64,000 nucleotides of DNA from Epiperipatus broadwayi (lineage: Eukaryota; Animalia; Onychophora). Each line of letters starts with the position of its first letter. Positions within the stretch are counted from its first letter, which is position 1. The notes under the pieces are model-generated. The model was given only the letters and a program-made list of their open reading frames with translations. It did no database searches and was not told the DNA's origin. The stretch lies in the NCBI GenBank assembly GCA_028023455.1, contig JAQFVV010000006.1, positions 18,538,001 through 18,602,000 of the forward strand, given 5' to 3'. Position numbers and translations under genes: made by a program. Positions 12,980 through 26,684 of this stretch are shown one piece after another.

Positions 12980-13057
12980 GTGAAAGTCTGTGCTCATATA
13001 CCCTATATATTACCTATATAGACACAGGTATATAATAAGCCTGTGTGTTTCAGTTAT
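12980..13057 (-). repeat. Fragment of dispersed repeat family X (PLE terminal-repeat-like)
   Basis: Near-exact reverse complement of 37465-37540. Confidence 0.8.
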
Positions 13058-14945
13058 TAAAAAGAAAAAAAAATACATTGTAAAAGAACATAAGCAATAA
13101 TATTATTTATCTGAATGTTTATAATATTTTATCTAGTTACTTATTGATTCCTCCCCCCCTCCCCTCATCTAATTCAATTGTTAAATATTTTTAGAAAAAT
13201 TCAAATTTTACTTAAATAATTATTTTTAGTTCTTAATATATTAAAAATCATTTAACATACTTTTTTTTTAAATCTTCGTTTTTATTTTATGAGCCTTTTT
13301 TTTTCCCCCCAGTTTTCATCCAATGTTTCAACCATATTATATGGTCATTCTCAAAAATTATTCCTATAAAATATTTACATACAAATTAAATGCTGCCTAA
13401 CACAATACTATTAATGATAAATAAAATAGAAAGTCATATATCACAAAACTAACAAAAAAATAAAATTTTACTAAATTCACTCACGACCATACATCTCAAA
13501 TGAAATTCAACAATATACAAACAACATATATACATATAGAAAACAAATAACCATCCCTTAATTCGTTTCAAAACCCAACTACCTTTAACAGCAAAGGTTA
13601 TCTTCATGATATTAATGGTCTTAGATTCAAAAAGATTGATCATCGGTATTCTTTAATTCTTTCTTTAAATTAATTTTTGCCATAAAAGATAACTACTGCA
13701 TTGTCACATAATATTTTATGATCTATATTTAATTTATAAATATGCAAAGCTGAGTTATGATACCTATTTTAAACTCTATTCTTAGGAACATTTAACTCTT
13801 TCATTAAGACTTAACTAATTTACTTTGATGTATACAAATTTTACAAAAAATGCAAGTTGTCTTATAAACCATACTAAAAATAGATTTACTATCGATTCTT
13901 TTGAATTATTTAATAATAAATTAATTAGATCTTTCTTCCAGGCCATTTTCATACCACTCAATAAACTACTATTCTTATAAATTAATCTATAAATTGATAA
14001 CTTGATTCATCTTGCCCATTCACCAAGCCATCTTCCAATAAAAAAGTTATAAGGAACTATGAAAGTACAAGAGAATTCACAAATATAGAACTATACTAAT
14101 GTACAAACTTAACCCATGATTGCACTTGTAACACTATGACGAAATCAAATTTGTAAAACTATTGTAACTTTTTTGAAGTATCAATAAAGATTATCTTTGA
14201 AACATAAATTGATAACTTGAATGGTAAACAATTAAATTCTTTATTCTAATAATTAAATTTGTATTACCGTCAGGCTTATTGATATTTTTATTAAATATAA
14301 TATTTCTAATAAATTTATGATTATAATCTAAATGAATATAATTAGAAACAAATGGAGTCCACTGAAATATAAGCATTATTTTCAAAATTATATGATTTTC
14401 TATTTTATTTTACATATACAAATATATATTTATAATGAATTTTCAAAATAATATATTAAAAAATATTTTATTACATGGATTATATATATTTTTTAAAATT
14501 ACTTTTTGCTTACTTTCCCATATCTACATCCATTTACATTTTTTTAAATTTACATTTGTATATAAAATACCCTTCAATTATTATAATTAGATTTCTACAA
14601 TTACACCAGATTCCTAATACTTTCTATTCAAAATTAGTTGTCTCATTTTTATATATAAATATTTTTTAATTCATCATTCTTTATAAAATCTCATATTTTC
14701 CATCATCTTTATTTACATTTTGAAATACTTATTATTGATTTTATTAAATTTAGTTGCTAAAAAAAACGCACACTTCACTACAACCACACAGTTATTTTCC
14801 TTTTTGCTTACTCTGATTAGTGGTTGTTTAGCATGAGAAGGGAATACTGAATTTAAAGTTATATGATTCTGCCAAAGGCAATAATCAGTAGAAATTTTAT
14901 ATACTTATCTATGAGGTTGTCTAGATTTTTTTATTATATGTCAAA

Positions 14946-15017
14946 GCTTTTGACTGGTAAGCGAATCCTGTCCAGCTGCTTGGAAGGCAGCTATACTAAC
15001 CACTAGGCTACCAATAC
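14946..15017 (-). pseudogene. tRNA-Gly(TCC)-derived pseudogene or SINE head
   Basis: Minus strand GTATTGGTAGCCTAGTGGTTAGTATAGCTGCCTTCCAAGCAGCTGGACAGGATTCGC matches eukaryotic tRNA-Gly-TCC (ATAGCTGCCTTCCAAGCAG anticodon arm intact). The T-arm and acceptor stem are degenerate. Confidence 0.75.
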
Positions 15018-15289
15018 TTGATTGTGCTGCCTTGATTTCTGGGTTTTTTTTTTTTAAGGACAGGGTTATGTGTAACTAAGGTAGCAGATTATTTACATTA
15101 CAGAGAACACAATTGTATTGGTCAGAGAGAAAAAGTAAAAAGAATAAAATTTAAAGAAGTTACTGGTATGAGTTTATAAACAACTCTTTAAGTCAATCTA
15201 ATATATAAACCATAGTGTTTGGAAATTTTATTAATCACATCATCAAAAGAAAAAAATAATGAAATTAGGAAGACCCTTAAAAATAAATA

Positions 15290-15425
15290 TATTAAATTTC
15301 TAGCTTAAAGTATCCCTTAAATGTAATATTCATAAATCTAAAAGTTACCGGTTCAATTCCCATGCTGAATTGTCTCTAATCAGACTTGAAACACTTGAAG
15401 AAGAGAGAAGAAAATTATTACCTGA
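15290..15425 (+). repeat. Degenerate copy of the tRNA+HHR PLE terminal repeat (a minus-strand fragment also lies at about 14865-14945)
   Basis: GGTTCAATTCCCATGC..ACACTTGAAGAAGAGAG resembles 6570-6632. 14865-14920 is similar to 4608-4655. Confidence 0.55.
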
Positions 15426-17137
15426 GCCATAATCTGTGTGTAATTATGGGTTACATTTAATAATTCATGTAGATGAGAGAAATAATACAACATGTAACTA
15501 CAAACGCAATTAAATATAATAAAATAATGATATGTTCAGTTGCTGAGGAAATTATCTGATATGTGAGCATCCATGTAGCAAATTGAGGACAAATATTTTA
15601 TTCACTTGACCAAACTGAGGGTTTTTTTATTTTCTGTCATCTATCCAGAATCTTTTAATTCTTGAATCTTCACTCCATCACTAAGATAATTCGTGCAGGT
15701 CAAATAGTTGAAGATGATTGAATGCCATCATAGTCATATTTGTCATCTTGAATAGTTGTTGTCTAAATTTGCCATTTGTAAGCGATAGAGTAAGTGTATA
15801 TTTTTTTGGAGATAAATCAGACATTTTGTAGAAGAAATAAGTAGAATGAAAAAGTTAGTTTCATAAACCTGTATAAATTGCATTATTATAAAATTTTTGG
15901 ATTTTATTTATTTAATCGGTTTTCATAATAGATCATTTAAAAGAAAGTCAGATTTTGCTATAATAATGAGTAAGAATATTAATTATGGATGTTTGTTAAT
16001 GGTTGAAGACCGTTTCATAGAGGAACAGAATTCATCAACTATACATTGTATTACTCTTCTGCATATGCTTTCAGAAGCAATAATTCATTTTATTTCTCTA
16101 CTGCAGATTTGTGTAAGCTTGCATTATTGTATTCACTGCTTTTCAGTGATGAATCTCAAAACCCTGCATGGGTTGGTGCAGTTGTGGAATGATGGACTTG
16201 AGAACTAAATATCCATGTTTGCTGTTCCGCTCTGCCCTTTCAATGTTGTGTAACATTCAAAGTTGTAAACTATCTTATTACCATTATTTAGAGTTGGAAA
16301 CTACTCTGAAGATATAACTTGATCTTATCATCTAGTGGCTCTTATTTTTTGGAACTTATAATAGATGGATTTGGAATAAGGTAAATATAATGAGTTGTTG
16401 ATATTAATACCTTGTTGATTATTGCAATACTTTTATAAAGAATGGAGCAAAGTTTTTGCTGAAAGAACTTAATTGTTATCTTATCACATTCTGTTGTTTA
16501 GATTAAATGAGGAGCATGGTAAAGAAATCATTTTTGTTGGGGGGGGGGGTTGACCTTCTTAAATAAACTTTTATTGAACAATTTACATCTTATTTATGAT
16601 CCTTAACATTCAGGCAATTATTAATTGGCATTGATATAATTAAGTAATTATTTTATTTTCATAGTGGGTACGAAATTACATTTCACAAAATTATACAGTG
16701 TTTGTTTGCCAATGGTTAAAAAAATCCCTGGAACCATAATTTTTGTTAATGAATACAATACGGAAAGTATAGCTATGTTTAATAGTCACCCTATCAGTAA
16801 TCAAGGATGCATCAATAAATGAAATATGGTTTTTGGATTTATCAGTATATTAATTTTGTTTTATATAAATATTATAAAGTTATGATTTACTTCTTGTTGT
16901 TTTTTTTCATCTTGTTTTGGGGGAAAAGATCTTCTTGAAAGAAATTGATCTATGAAGAACTGCTTTGAGTAGAGGATGAAATAATTTATTGGTCAATAAT
17001 TTAATAACTGCTACTATAATAAAAATGAAATTCATGCTGTAGAAGCAATATTTATTTTTAATTGTATTTCTCTTTAAACAGCCTTTTTTTATTCAAACAT
17101 ATTTTCTCACTAGGATATGAATATTGTTTTATACAGT

Positions 17138-17992
17138 TATTCATCATCAATAGTATTTTGAACCATGACCAGGTTCAGAGAGTAGTCATATCACCAATTC
17201 GTTCATTTTTTCAATCGTTCTCTTCATTGCCCAATTCTTGAATTCCACATAACACTTCCCATCTCATATTATCCAATAATTTCAATCTTTTCCATCCTTA
17301 ATTTTTGTTTCCACTTAACATTTCCTCCATAACAAACTGTATTTTTTTTTTAATATATGTCCAATCCAGTTTCTCTTTCTATTTTTAATTTCCTCAATCT
17401 TCTTTCTTCATTTATACTTTTCAAAAGGTTCATTTGTTATTTTATTCTTCCAATTGATTTTTTCCATTCTTCTCCATGACCATATTGTCCACATTTCACA
17501 ACCATACAATAGTACATTCCACACATAGCATTTAATTAATCTTTTCCATAATTATCTCTTCAAAGGTCCCAATTTTTTTTTTCTCTTAATAAATACCCCC
17601 TTTGCCAATTCTATTTTTCTTTTAACTTCATCTTCCCTTCTTCCATCCTCATTCAACCAACTACCCAAATATTTGAATTTTTTTTATCTATTGAACTATC
17701 TTATCATGGATTTCAATTTGTAATATTTTTTTTTTTTGTATTTCTCCCTATCCATAAACAGCCAAGTGTTTTCAACATTAATCTTTATTCCATACCTCCT
17801 TCCTTCAATTTATTCAGCATATTTTGAAGACACGTTTCACCCTCAGCTATAAGAGCCATACTATCTGCAAATCTTATACATTTTATTATTCTACCTTCAA
17901 TATATTTATTCTTCCACTGTCTAAATAATTATTTAACATTTCTATTAAATATTAGAAAGAATAGATGATGTACTACATCCTCACCTAACTCC
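17138..17992 (-). mobile_element. RTE-clade LINE, family A, 3' fragment
   Basis: Minus strand GVR*GCS, IRFADSMALIAEGE, RRMEKINWKNKITNE, NWIGHI; (GAT)n-like tail at about 17141-17149. Confidence 0.8.
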
Positions 17993-20930
17993 ACTTTAGT
18001 CTTAATTTTCTCAATGAGGTCAGTAACACCTGTTTGTTCTTTTACCCATACATTGCGTTTTCGATCCCTTCTTGTTACTCCCAACATGCATCTCTCCATA
18101 CTTCTTTGAGTGGTCTGAAGTTTCTATATTGCTCTTCTATTAAGTGTCCAAGTCTCAGATCCATAAGTAAGAACTGGCAAAACACATTTATTAAAAACCT
18201 TCCTTTTCAAATACATAAGCATATTTCCTTTTAGTATCAAGTTATTTTTACCAAAAGCACTCCAACTAAGTTTAATTCTATGATTAATTTTATCCATTAT
18301 ATTTCCATCTGTATTAATAATCTGACCAAGATATTTGTAACTGTTAATTTCTTGTAACTCATCATAATCAATATTTTCATATTTTGAGAAAATCTATTAA
18401 ACATTACTTTAGTCCTACTTTCTTACTTTTATCTGATAACTCTTGCAACATCTCCTGTAGCTCTAAAGCATTATTTGCAAAAACAACTACATCATCTGCA
18501 AAATTTAAATGTCATAAATAATCTCCATTTACTTTCACTCCTTTAGCTTCCCTTTTTAATCCACAAAATACTTCTTGCAGCACTGCTATAAAACGTTTTG
18601 GAGATATGGAGTCACTCTGTCTTATACCCTTTTCAATGTTGATTTTCCTACTATCATTATGTAATCTAATTGTTGCTGTTGCATTTTTATAAATATTCTT
18701 TAAAATATGACAATATCCTGGATCTATACCTTGATGATCCAATGCTTTAATCACTGAAGAAATGTTTATAGAATCAAATGCCTTTTCATAGCCTACAACT
18801 CCTAAGCATTATGGCAACTCATATTCATTTGTCCTTTCTATAATTTCTCTCAATACCTGAATATGTATCTACTGTACTAAAACCAGTTTTAAATCCAGCT
18901 TGTTCTCTTGGTTGGTGGAAATCCAGTGTTTTCTGTAGACGAGTTGTAATTATCTTAGTAAAAATTTGTATAAAACTGATAAAAGACTGATGGGTCTGTA
19001 ATTTCTAATATCTTCTTTATCACCATTTTTAAATATTAATATTAATACTGCATTCTTCCAATCATCTGGTACATCTTTATCATTTAGACATTTGGTATAT
19101 AACTTTGCTAAAAAAAAATTTATTTCTTCACCTGCTTCTTTTAATATAGCAATTATAATTCCATCATTACCTGGAGCCTTCCCTTTCTTCATATATTTAA
19201 TTGCATGTCTCACTTCCTCATTCAAAATTCTCGGCAATTCAGAAGATATAATAGGTATAGGAGGCATGATGTCATCTCTTTTTTTTAGTATTAATGCCAT
19301 CTTTTTTACTTATTGCAGATATAAATTTCCTACCAATACCAAAATGTTGTTTTACACTCTTTAGACTTTTATTCTCTTCTATAGCTTTCTTTGCTAGTTC
19401 ACAATTATACTTTCTTACATCATTTTCAACTCTTTTTCGCACCCATTTTACAAAATTCGAAATATTCAATTTTTTTTAATGCATCATTATTATATTAACC
19501 TTATATTCTTTCTTTTCCTCATAAATTCTCTAATGTCAGTAGAAATTTTATTGGTCAATTGCTGCTTTTTTCTACCAGCTATCTTTGTTGCAGTTTTTAA
19601 AAGTGTATCAGTTATTTTCATATTAATGTCATTCAAATCTGAATCATGTTCAAAAATCTACTAATACTTGAAACCAATTTCTAAGTTCTAATTTAAATTC
19701 ATTAGAATGTTTCTGAAGATTAGGAATATCAACTGTAAATATTGTTTTAATAATTTTTGTCTCTCTAGTTTCACATTAACACGTATCTTACACCTTACTA
19801 ATCGATGATCACTTCCTGTGTTAAATTTATTAAGAACATTACAATCTTGAAATATGTATTTCCTGTTAGTCAAAATATAATCCAATTCTGCTGTACCTTC
19901 ATTTGGATGCTTCCATGTCCATTTCCTTTTAACATTTTTTTCAAAAAAAGAATTCATAATATAAAGTTTTTCTTTTTCTGCAAACTCCACAAGTCTATGT
20001 CCTCTCTCATTTTTATTACCATAACCAAAATTACATACATCATTTTCATCTTTCATTTGTTTACCAATTCTAGCATTAAAGTCTCTCATAACAATTTTCA
20101 AATGTTGTTTACTCTGATCAAAAGCCTTTTGTATATCCATATAAAAATCTTCTATAACTTCATCACTATGAGAACTTGTTGGGGCATAAACCTGAATTAT
20201 CTGCATTAGCTATTAAGTTGTAAAATTAATCTTGCCACTCTGTCTTTTACACCATTAATCTCCACAATATTATTCTTTCATTTTTTATTTATAATGAATC
20301 CTACTCCACTTGTATTTCCAATATTTGTGCCTTTATAGTAGAGTATCTGTCCACTTTTTAGATCAATTGTTTCATCATTTTTTCTTCTAACTTCACAAAG
20401 TCCAATAATGTCCCATTTAATATAAGACAGTTCTTCTTCTAACTCTTGCAATCTTCCTTCACTTGAAAGTGATATTCAGTTGTAAGTACCTAAATATAAA
20501 GTCGTCATCAAATAGCAGCCTGAGTCCACAATCAGGGAATTCTTAGCACCCTTCACCTTCGGCCACCAAACGCTGCCTTGGTTGATGACTTTACAGCCTC
20601 CTGGGAATAAGAGCCATGATTTATTTTTGTCTGTCATGCATGATTGTATATATCTATTGGAAAAATATTTATCATTTACACATATATTCATTCTGCATTA
20701 TCAGGTAACTGAGAAGAAAGACCATGGTGTTTCTTGATCTTAAACTCAGAGGTAAAAAGCCAATAAACTCACCACACTGGCTAATGCATGTTGGTGAGCA
20801 GCCCATCCATGTTTGTATACTATATGAATAATCACATAGTAATAACCGCTGCAATGACAAGAATGTATGGAGTGGACATTAGGAATTTGCCCTGCCCGGT
20901 TCCTTTAAGGCCTCCAAAAAGAATCAAAGG
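17984..20930 (-). mobile_element. RTE-clade LINE, family B, near full length (APE endonuclease + RT), 3' truncated and frameshifted
   Basis: LYLGTYN start (about 20480-20510); APE IIQVYAPTS..DFNARIG..LDYIL..GSDHRLV (19688-20206); [22 protein letters not shown]; GIRQSDSISPK; HLNFADDV. The 5' UTR limit is approximate. Confidence 0.92.
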
Positions 20931-22243
20931 GTCTCATTTCAGTTAATAGCAAACTCCTTTCTGCAGCCTTTTGCACATAGGACAGTTTATTAATGAAACT
21001 GAATTATCAAATATAAAATTTAACTAAGAGAAATAGCTATTTTTCATTAGTCTGGTTAGTTTTATTAATCCCCCTCCTCCCCTGTATTATTTAATACTCA
21101 TTAGTTTTTTTTTAATAATTTTTATCAATCTGTAATGGATTAATAATGATTTTTTCTGAAACTAGGTTCAAACTCATTTTCATAATGGGGGGGACGGACT
21201 TGTAATAATGTTAGTGATAGACAAGACAATATAACACCATTTGAATTTGTTATTTTAGCACCTTCCCTCTTCCCAGACATATTAATAAAAAACTTCTCTA
21301 TAAATGAATTCTCTCAGACAAATTATTTTATTTTTAAAAATATTATGTGTTTTATTTATATATTAGACTATTTTCATAATCTAATATTAAGTATTGAACT
21401 AAAATACCATCATTATAAACTTTCAGATATATATGTGTTTTGTCTGTGTGCTCAATGCTTTTAGTAATCAATGGCTGTTTTTTTTGGATGTTGAAGTTTT
21501 GCTTTATGATAGGATTAAGTGTATAATTAGGAGTGTTAGTACATCAATACAATTTAATTAATTTTGACAAATAGTTGCAAGTAATCTAGGAATTATTTCT
21601 GATAATTCTGTCTTTCAGTCTTGTAGATTTTCATAGTTTATCAGTGTCAAAGTTTATTAACACCTAGGTTAAATTTTAATTCAAATCATGCTGATAGAGT
21701 GATTTTATATATATGTCTGTTAAACAATAAAGCAAGTCTATCATATAAATATATAATATTTATGTGTGTATGTTCACTAGGGCATTATATACTTAGCTAG
21801 AAGTAAATATTTTAGATTATGCAAAATTTGCATTATTTTATAAAAATAATAAGGATCCAATATTAAATCTCTTATTTCAGAAAATTATCTTTATCTAGTG
21901 CCATCCTTAATATCATATTTAGAATTTATATCTCCATATCTAACCTTTTTTTTTTCTCAAGCCATATGCATATGTTATCTATATTATGTGGGCTGCAACA
22001 CAGTATTTCATAATATAATAATATCAAAAGTAAGCCTAAATATGTCCAAGTATTTATTAAAAAATTAGTGTGATTTTTGATATTGAGACAAACTTTTGAT
22101 TATTTAGATAAATCAGGTTGACAATTGCTATATGCTACTCTCAATAGTTAAGAATCAGTAAGCCAATTTCTCTATGTTTTTTATATATTTCTTTTTAGAG
22201 TAAGATGATTCACAAAAATACATTGATGTGTACAACATGAGCC

Positions 22244-23925
22244 CAGGCTTGTATAACATTTAACCTACTTCTTTCCATACTTTTTCTTTTAAATTTGTAA
22301 TTTTTGTAGTTTGATAAATTTCTCAGTGCCATGAATTTTCTACATGTAACACATAGTTCTTAATATTTCTTAAATCCTGAAATCTGCTCTAAATTCCTTA
22401 TAAGACAGCTAAATAATTTGAAGTGATTCTATAGTTTTTTGGGAGAAATGTCAGTACCATCTTATTTAGCTTTTGTTTGGTTGGAAAATTATTATTATTT
22501 GATTTAGTATTTCTTCATAATAGTTACGTAGATTCTCTTTAAAAGCAAATGCTTTATTCAGCTTCTGTAAAATAGTTTTATTTTCCACCTGTAAACCAGA
22601 ATTGGACTTGCTTAGTTTTTCTGTGATGTCACACTGAAAGACTAAAAAGACATCATTGGTCATTTTCAAGTTTGCTATAAATTTTATTGTTTTGTTGTAA
22701 AAATAAAATAATTTTTTGCTATAAAGAAAAAACCTTTTCCTATGCTTAGCCATTGCATCAAGGTATATAAAAGAATGATCATTTCTTTCAAAAGACTTCT
22801 CTGTGGTTCAATTCTCAAGATTGAATACTATATTCATGATGACTTTGACCATGGAATCTTCTTCATCCATGGACATATGTGATACCAAGTTCTTGACAAA
22901 ACAGTGAAATGACGAGAGATTTGTTGAATTGTATTTTTTTGTCAATAAGGAAACCAATTCCTTTTCATATCTGGTAATTGAAAGACATATATGAGTTCAA
23001 ACCCAAAACAATTCTTTATATTTAATATTATTATTAATAATATTGAGATAAGCTGTCATTCTGGTTTGATTCTTCATAGAAAGAAATTTCAAAAAATTTT
23101 CACAAATTAAATTCTCTTCACTATGTCAGTGCTAGAATAAAAAGCCAACCTAAAATATTTATAATTTTTCAAATTTTCTGTGATGCTTTCAGAAATATGT
23201 TTTGCAATCATTACATCTAATGCAGGTAGAATCTGAAAGCTATATTTTTTTAATTTATGATATTATTTGATTTTTATTGCTAAATTTAATGCATTGGAAG
23301 TATTTATAAAACATTCTTTCACATGTTAGAAAATGGTTTCATAGACTTATCTATTTTTTAAAAATTTCTTATGATGCTCTCGTCTCTCCTGCATCTTGAG
23401 ACATCACCATTGATATAACATTTTGTTATTGGTGCAATGACTATTTGAAAAAGTTAACTTATTAAAGACTTGAGAGAAAAAGTGTCATTAAATGATTATG
23501 ATAAACAGTCATATTTTTTTAATATAATACTTTCATGACAAATCAAACAAGTTGCCAAACCATGTTTATTTTGTGCAAAAATATGTATTGCTTCCCATCT
23601 GTCATGAAACACTATTTCATCATATATTTTTTGTTGTATTTTGGAGACACTTCTGTTTCTGTGGGTGATATAAAACAATATGCTTAAAACAATTACTGTA
23701 ATCAAGCCTTGAAATGATAAGAAACAAAACTATCATGCATTGACTTAATTATGAACAAACAAACACAATTGCAATATCTAATCAAAACATGGGTGAGGCA
23801 GTAAGTGTTGCTTACAATTGTGATTGATAGGTCTTATGCATCTCAAGATTTTAAAAACTTAGGTTAGTGCACGTGTGTTTTGGATTGCATGTCACCTGCA
23901 GCCTACAGGTTGAGGATGGCAGATT
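22244..23925 (-). mobile_element. Degenerate hAT (Charlie/SPIN, GTF2IRD2-like) transposon
   Basis: Minus strand CLICHESI, HC-like region, QWLSIGK (RWLS.GK motif) and LVFQCDITEKLSK.N..LQ. Weak TIR-like ends at CAGGCTTGTATAAC (22244) and about 23890-23925. Confidence 0.75.
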
Positions 23926-24183
23926 AAGATATTAGCAGAATTGCTTAGGTAAATGGATGCCAGTTATTTTATTTGATAATGTGAAAGGTATTTTATGCAC
24001 ACTTAAAGGTGCTCCGTTTACTATTAATAAGCATACCCACAAATATATTTCTACATAAATAAACTTTTAATTAATTGCATTTTTCTTATATAGAGAGAGA
24101 CAGCAAATGGTAGTGGTTTTATAAATAATAATTTATGTGCACGTAAGTAATACAATCACATGTATCCTGTATATATAATTTAG

Positions 24184-24284
24184 GTTATCCTGAACATTTT
24201 ACTTTTGGAGAATTTAGACAAAAGTTTGGTTTGCTGGCAACATCAGAAGAAAGTGTATTACGACCTAATCTAGACGATAAACAG
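24184..24284 (+). CDS. MYO18A: Myosin-XVIII exon (phase 1 to 0, 101 nt)
   Basis: TTTAG|GT TAT CCT..CAG|GTACT. Reads (G)YPEHFTFGEFRQKFGLLATSEESVLRPNLDDKQ, and the frame joins exactly to the 9386-9596 exon (G+GT = Gly). Confidence 0.94.
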
Positions 24285-24363
24285 GTACTTTATGTTATGA
24301 TAGTATTTGTTGGGAAATTTTATTATTTGATATTTATTTAATGTCCTTATGCATATTTTTCAG

Positions 24364-24429
24364 ATGGTTGAAAATTTATTAAATGATATTGATTTAGAAA
24401 AAACATCGTACAAACTTGGTCTTAGTCAG
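24364..24429 (+). CDS. MYO18A: Myosin-XVIII exon (phase 0 to 0, 66 nt)
   Basis: TTTTCAG|ATG..CAG|GTAAGC. Reads MVENLLNDIDLEKTSYKLGLSQ, matching myosin-18 VEELL..LDLEKSS...GLS(R/Q); it follows a 79-nt intron. Confidence 0.94.
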
Positions 24430-26684
24430 GTAAGCACATTAGATTTAAATATTACACACACATACAAACTGAAAGACAACAACCAAAAAACTATGACTAT
24501 TTGTTTTCAAAATGTATTATAATAATTTTAAAAGCTTAAGATTTAAGCATTGGAATGTCATAGAATTATAGATGTCAAATTCAGTAAATGTTTTGATTAT
24601 AGTTGCCATAGATAGTCTTTGCTTTCAAAACATTGTCATATGATATTTTCTATTAGTAAGTTATTTTTATTACACGAAAAAATCTCTTATTCATTCAGTA
24701 TATAAAAAATAAACATTTTAAAATACTGTCGATTTATTTATCAAAATGAAAAGATAAATTCTTTTTACTTAATTGTTATTTATATTTTGTTTTGAATTTG
24801 AAAACTAAAAATAAATATTAGTAACATGAAATTTCTGAAATACAATAGAGCTCCCATTTCCAAGCTATTTGAGTACAAAGCCCTTCCCTTTTGTGATACT
24901 ATTTTAAGCACACATATAGTGCTATATACACTAAGATATTTTAAACATATATACAATATGTACTACTTGCAATACATTATTTAAAAATTTTATATGCACA
25001 TATAAATAAAAAATTACAATAATGCATATTATATACTTTTAATACACACACACATATATATGCACTATAGATATTTTTAATGATATACTTTCAGTGCAGA
25101 TATTTTTAGTGATAAGTAATGTATACTTATTATGTTAAATTACTTAAAAATCATATACACATCTTAAGGCATCAACAACAATAATAATTAAACAATAGAA
25201 TACTATACAGTATATATTCGCAAGATATGAAGTACAGATGTTTTTATCATGCATGTACTTGTATTACAAATTATTTAAAAATTACATATACAGATTAAGA
25301 TATTAAGAAAAATAAAACTCCTCATCTTTCCTCTTGTGATAAAATTCATGTCATTGAAATGCAAAAGATACAACAACTTCTAGATGGTTTTAAAAGGGAA
25401 AAGTATTAATTAGTCGTTGTCTTATCAGGTTTTGCAATCATGGCGCCAAGCAGTTGGGAATTTTAAAAAATTTAAAGTTAGAAAATTAAATTTTTTTTTT
25501 TTTATTAATTTCTAATTTTTTATTTCTTTTTTTTTTTTTTAACACTGTATAGGTGAAGCAGTGGGTTTTGAGAGTGTGAATTCAAGAGTTCTATATTCGA
25601 AAACTATCTTATGTTTTCAATAGTATTGCGACAGCCATCTATGACTGACTTTGTTGTAAATGGATTGCTTAACTCAGGCTACTAACATCTTCACATATAA
25701 TGCTTAACTATGAATAAACACAGCATCCTCAGACTAAAAGAGTTTCTGCTGCTTTGTAGAATAAAGACTATTATTGTTTCCAATATAAGTTATCTTTTCT
25801 AATCTCTTTTTTTCATTTTCTTTACTTTTATTATAGTCTCCAGGATTGGTATAATGCCTGATTGTTATGAGCCTTTTATGCCACCAGTTATCGGCTACAA
25901 CAATAATAATGTAGTGCACGGCTGTATTTTCATCTTTTACTATTCACAAGACAATTATAATTCTACTTTTAATTCAAGACAATATACTATATGATTTTAT
26001 GTGCATGTGGTTGGTCCAAGTATTTATATTTTATATACTAGTAAAAGTTATTTATGCCATTTTGCTATATGGAAGAAGTTTAGCATCATATGAGCATCCA
26101 GATTAAAGTAAAATATATTGTATTATATGAACTGGATAATGCAATAAAGGAATATAGGTAAATCAGGTTTTAAATGGTCCATTATAAGATAAATATCTAT
26201 TACACACCCTTTCAAAAAGGAACAGTGATTGATGGGTGGTAAGATATTTGACAGTTATTATCCTTGTTTTATTATCTAGCTAACAGTAGCTAAATATTTT
26301 CTAGGTAGTTGTCTGAATAAAAAATTCTAAATTTGTAATAACTCTACCTATATTTCAATCCAAGTTACGGGCATGGTAGGCAGATATAATAATTATGACA
26401 TCATAAGACTTCAAGAAATCAATATATATCCTTAAAAACTAATGCATTTTAGACCTGGAATTTACTGTATCTTTAAGTTAATATTGATTGAAAAAATTAA
26501 CATGACAATTATAAATAAAAATTGTCTGGTCATTTTTTTAAAAAATAAAATAAAAACATCTTTACTTACAAAATAAACAATCATTAATTGAAATGTAAAT
26601 TTTAACAATATAATTTTTTAAAAAAATTCTATTATCATGCTTCATTCAAACAAACTTTTAAAAACTAGAATTACCATATAATAC

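Noticed and set aside
13400-14440. Extremely AT-rich block considered as a NUMT or an old LINE zinc-knuckle
   Set aside because: No mitochondrial rRNA or protein motifs were recognised, and the LINE motifs are too degenerate to support.
15640-16300. LLFSDESQ, a possible Tc1 transposase remnant
   Set aside because: A single short motif, with no TIRs or further DDE motifs.
19092-19664. Plus-strand ORFs 19092-19364, 19294-19479 and 19479-19664 (also 19805-20209, 31704-31910, 31775-32287, 4826-5032)
   Set aside because: They are antisense shadows of RTE or PLE coding sequence.
25553-25625. Very strong polypyrimidine tract and AG, a possible next myosin exon
   Set aside because: The phase-0 frame stops after 8 codons and no frame resembles myosin.
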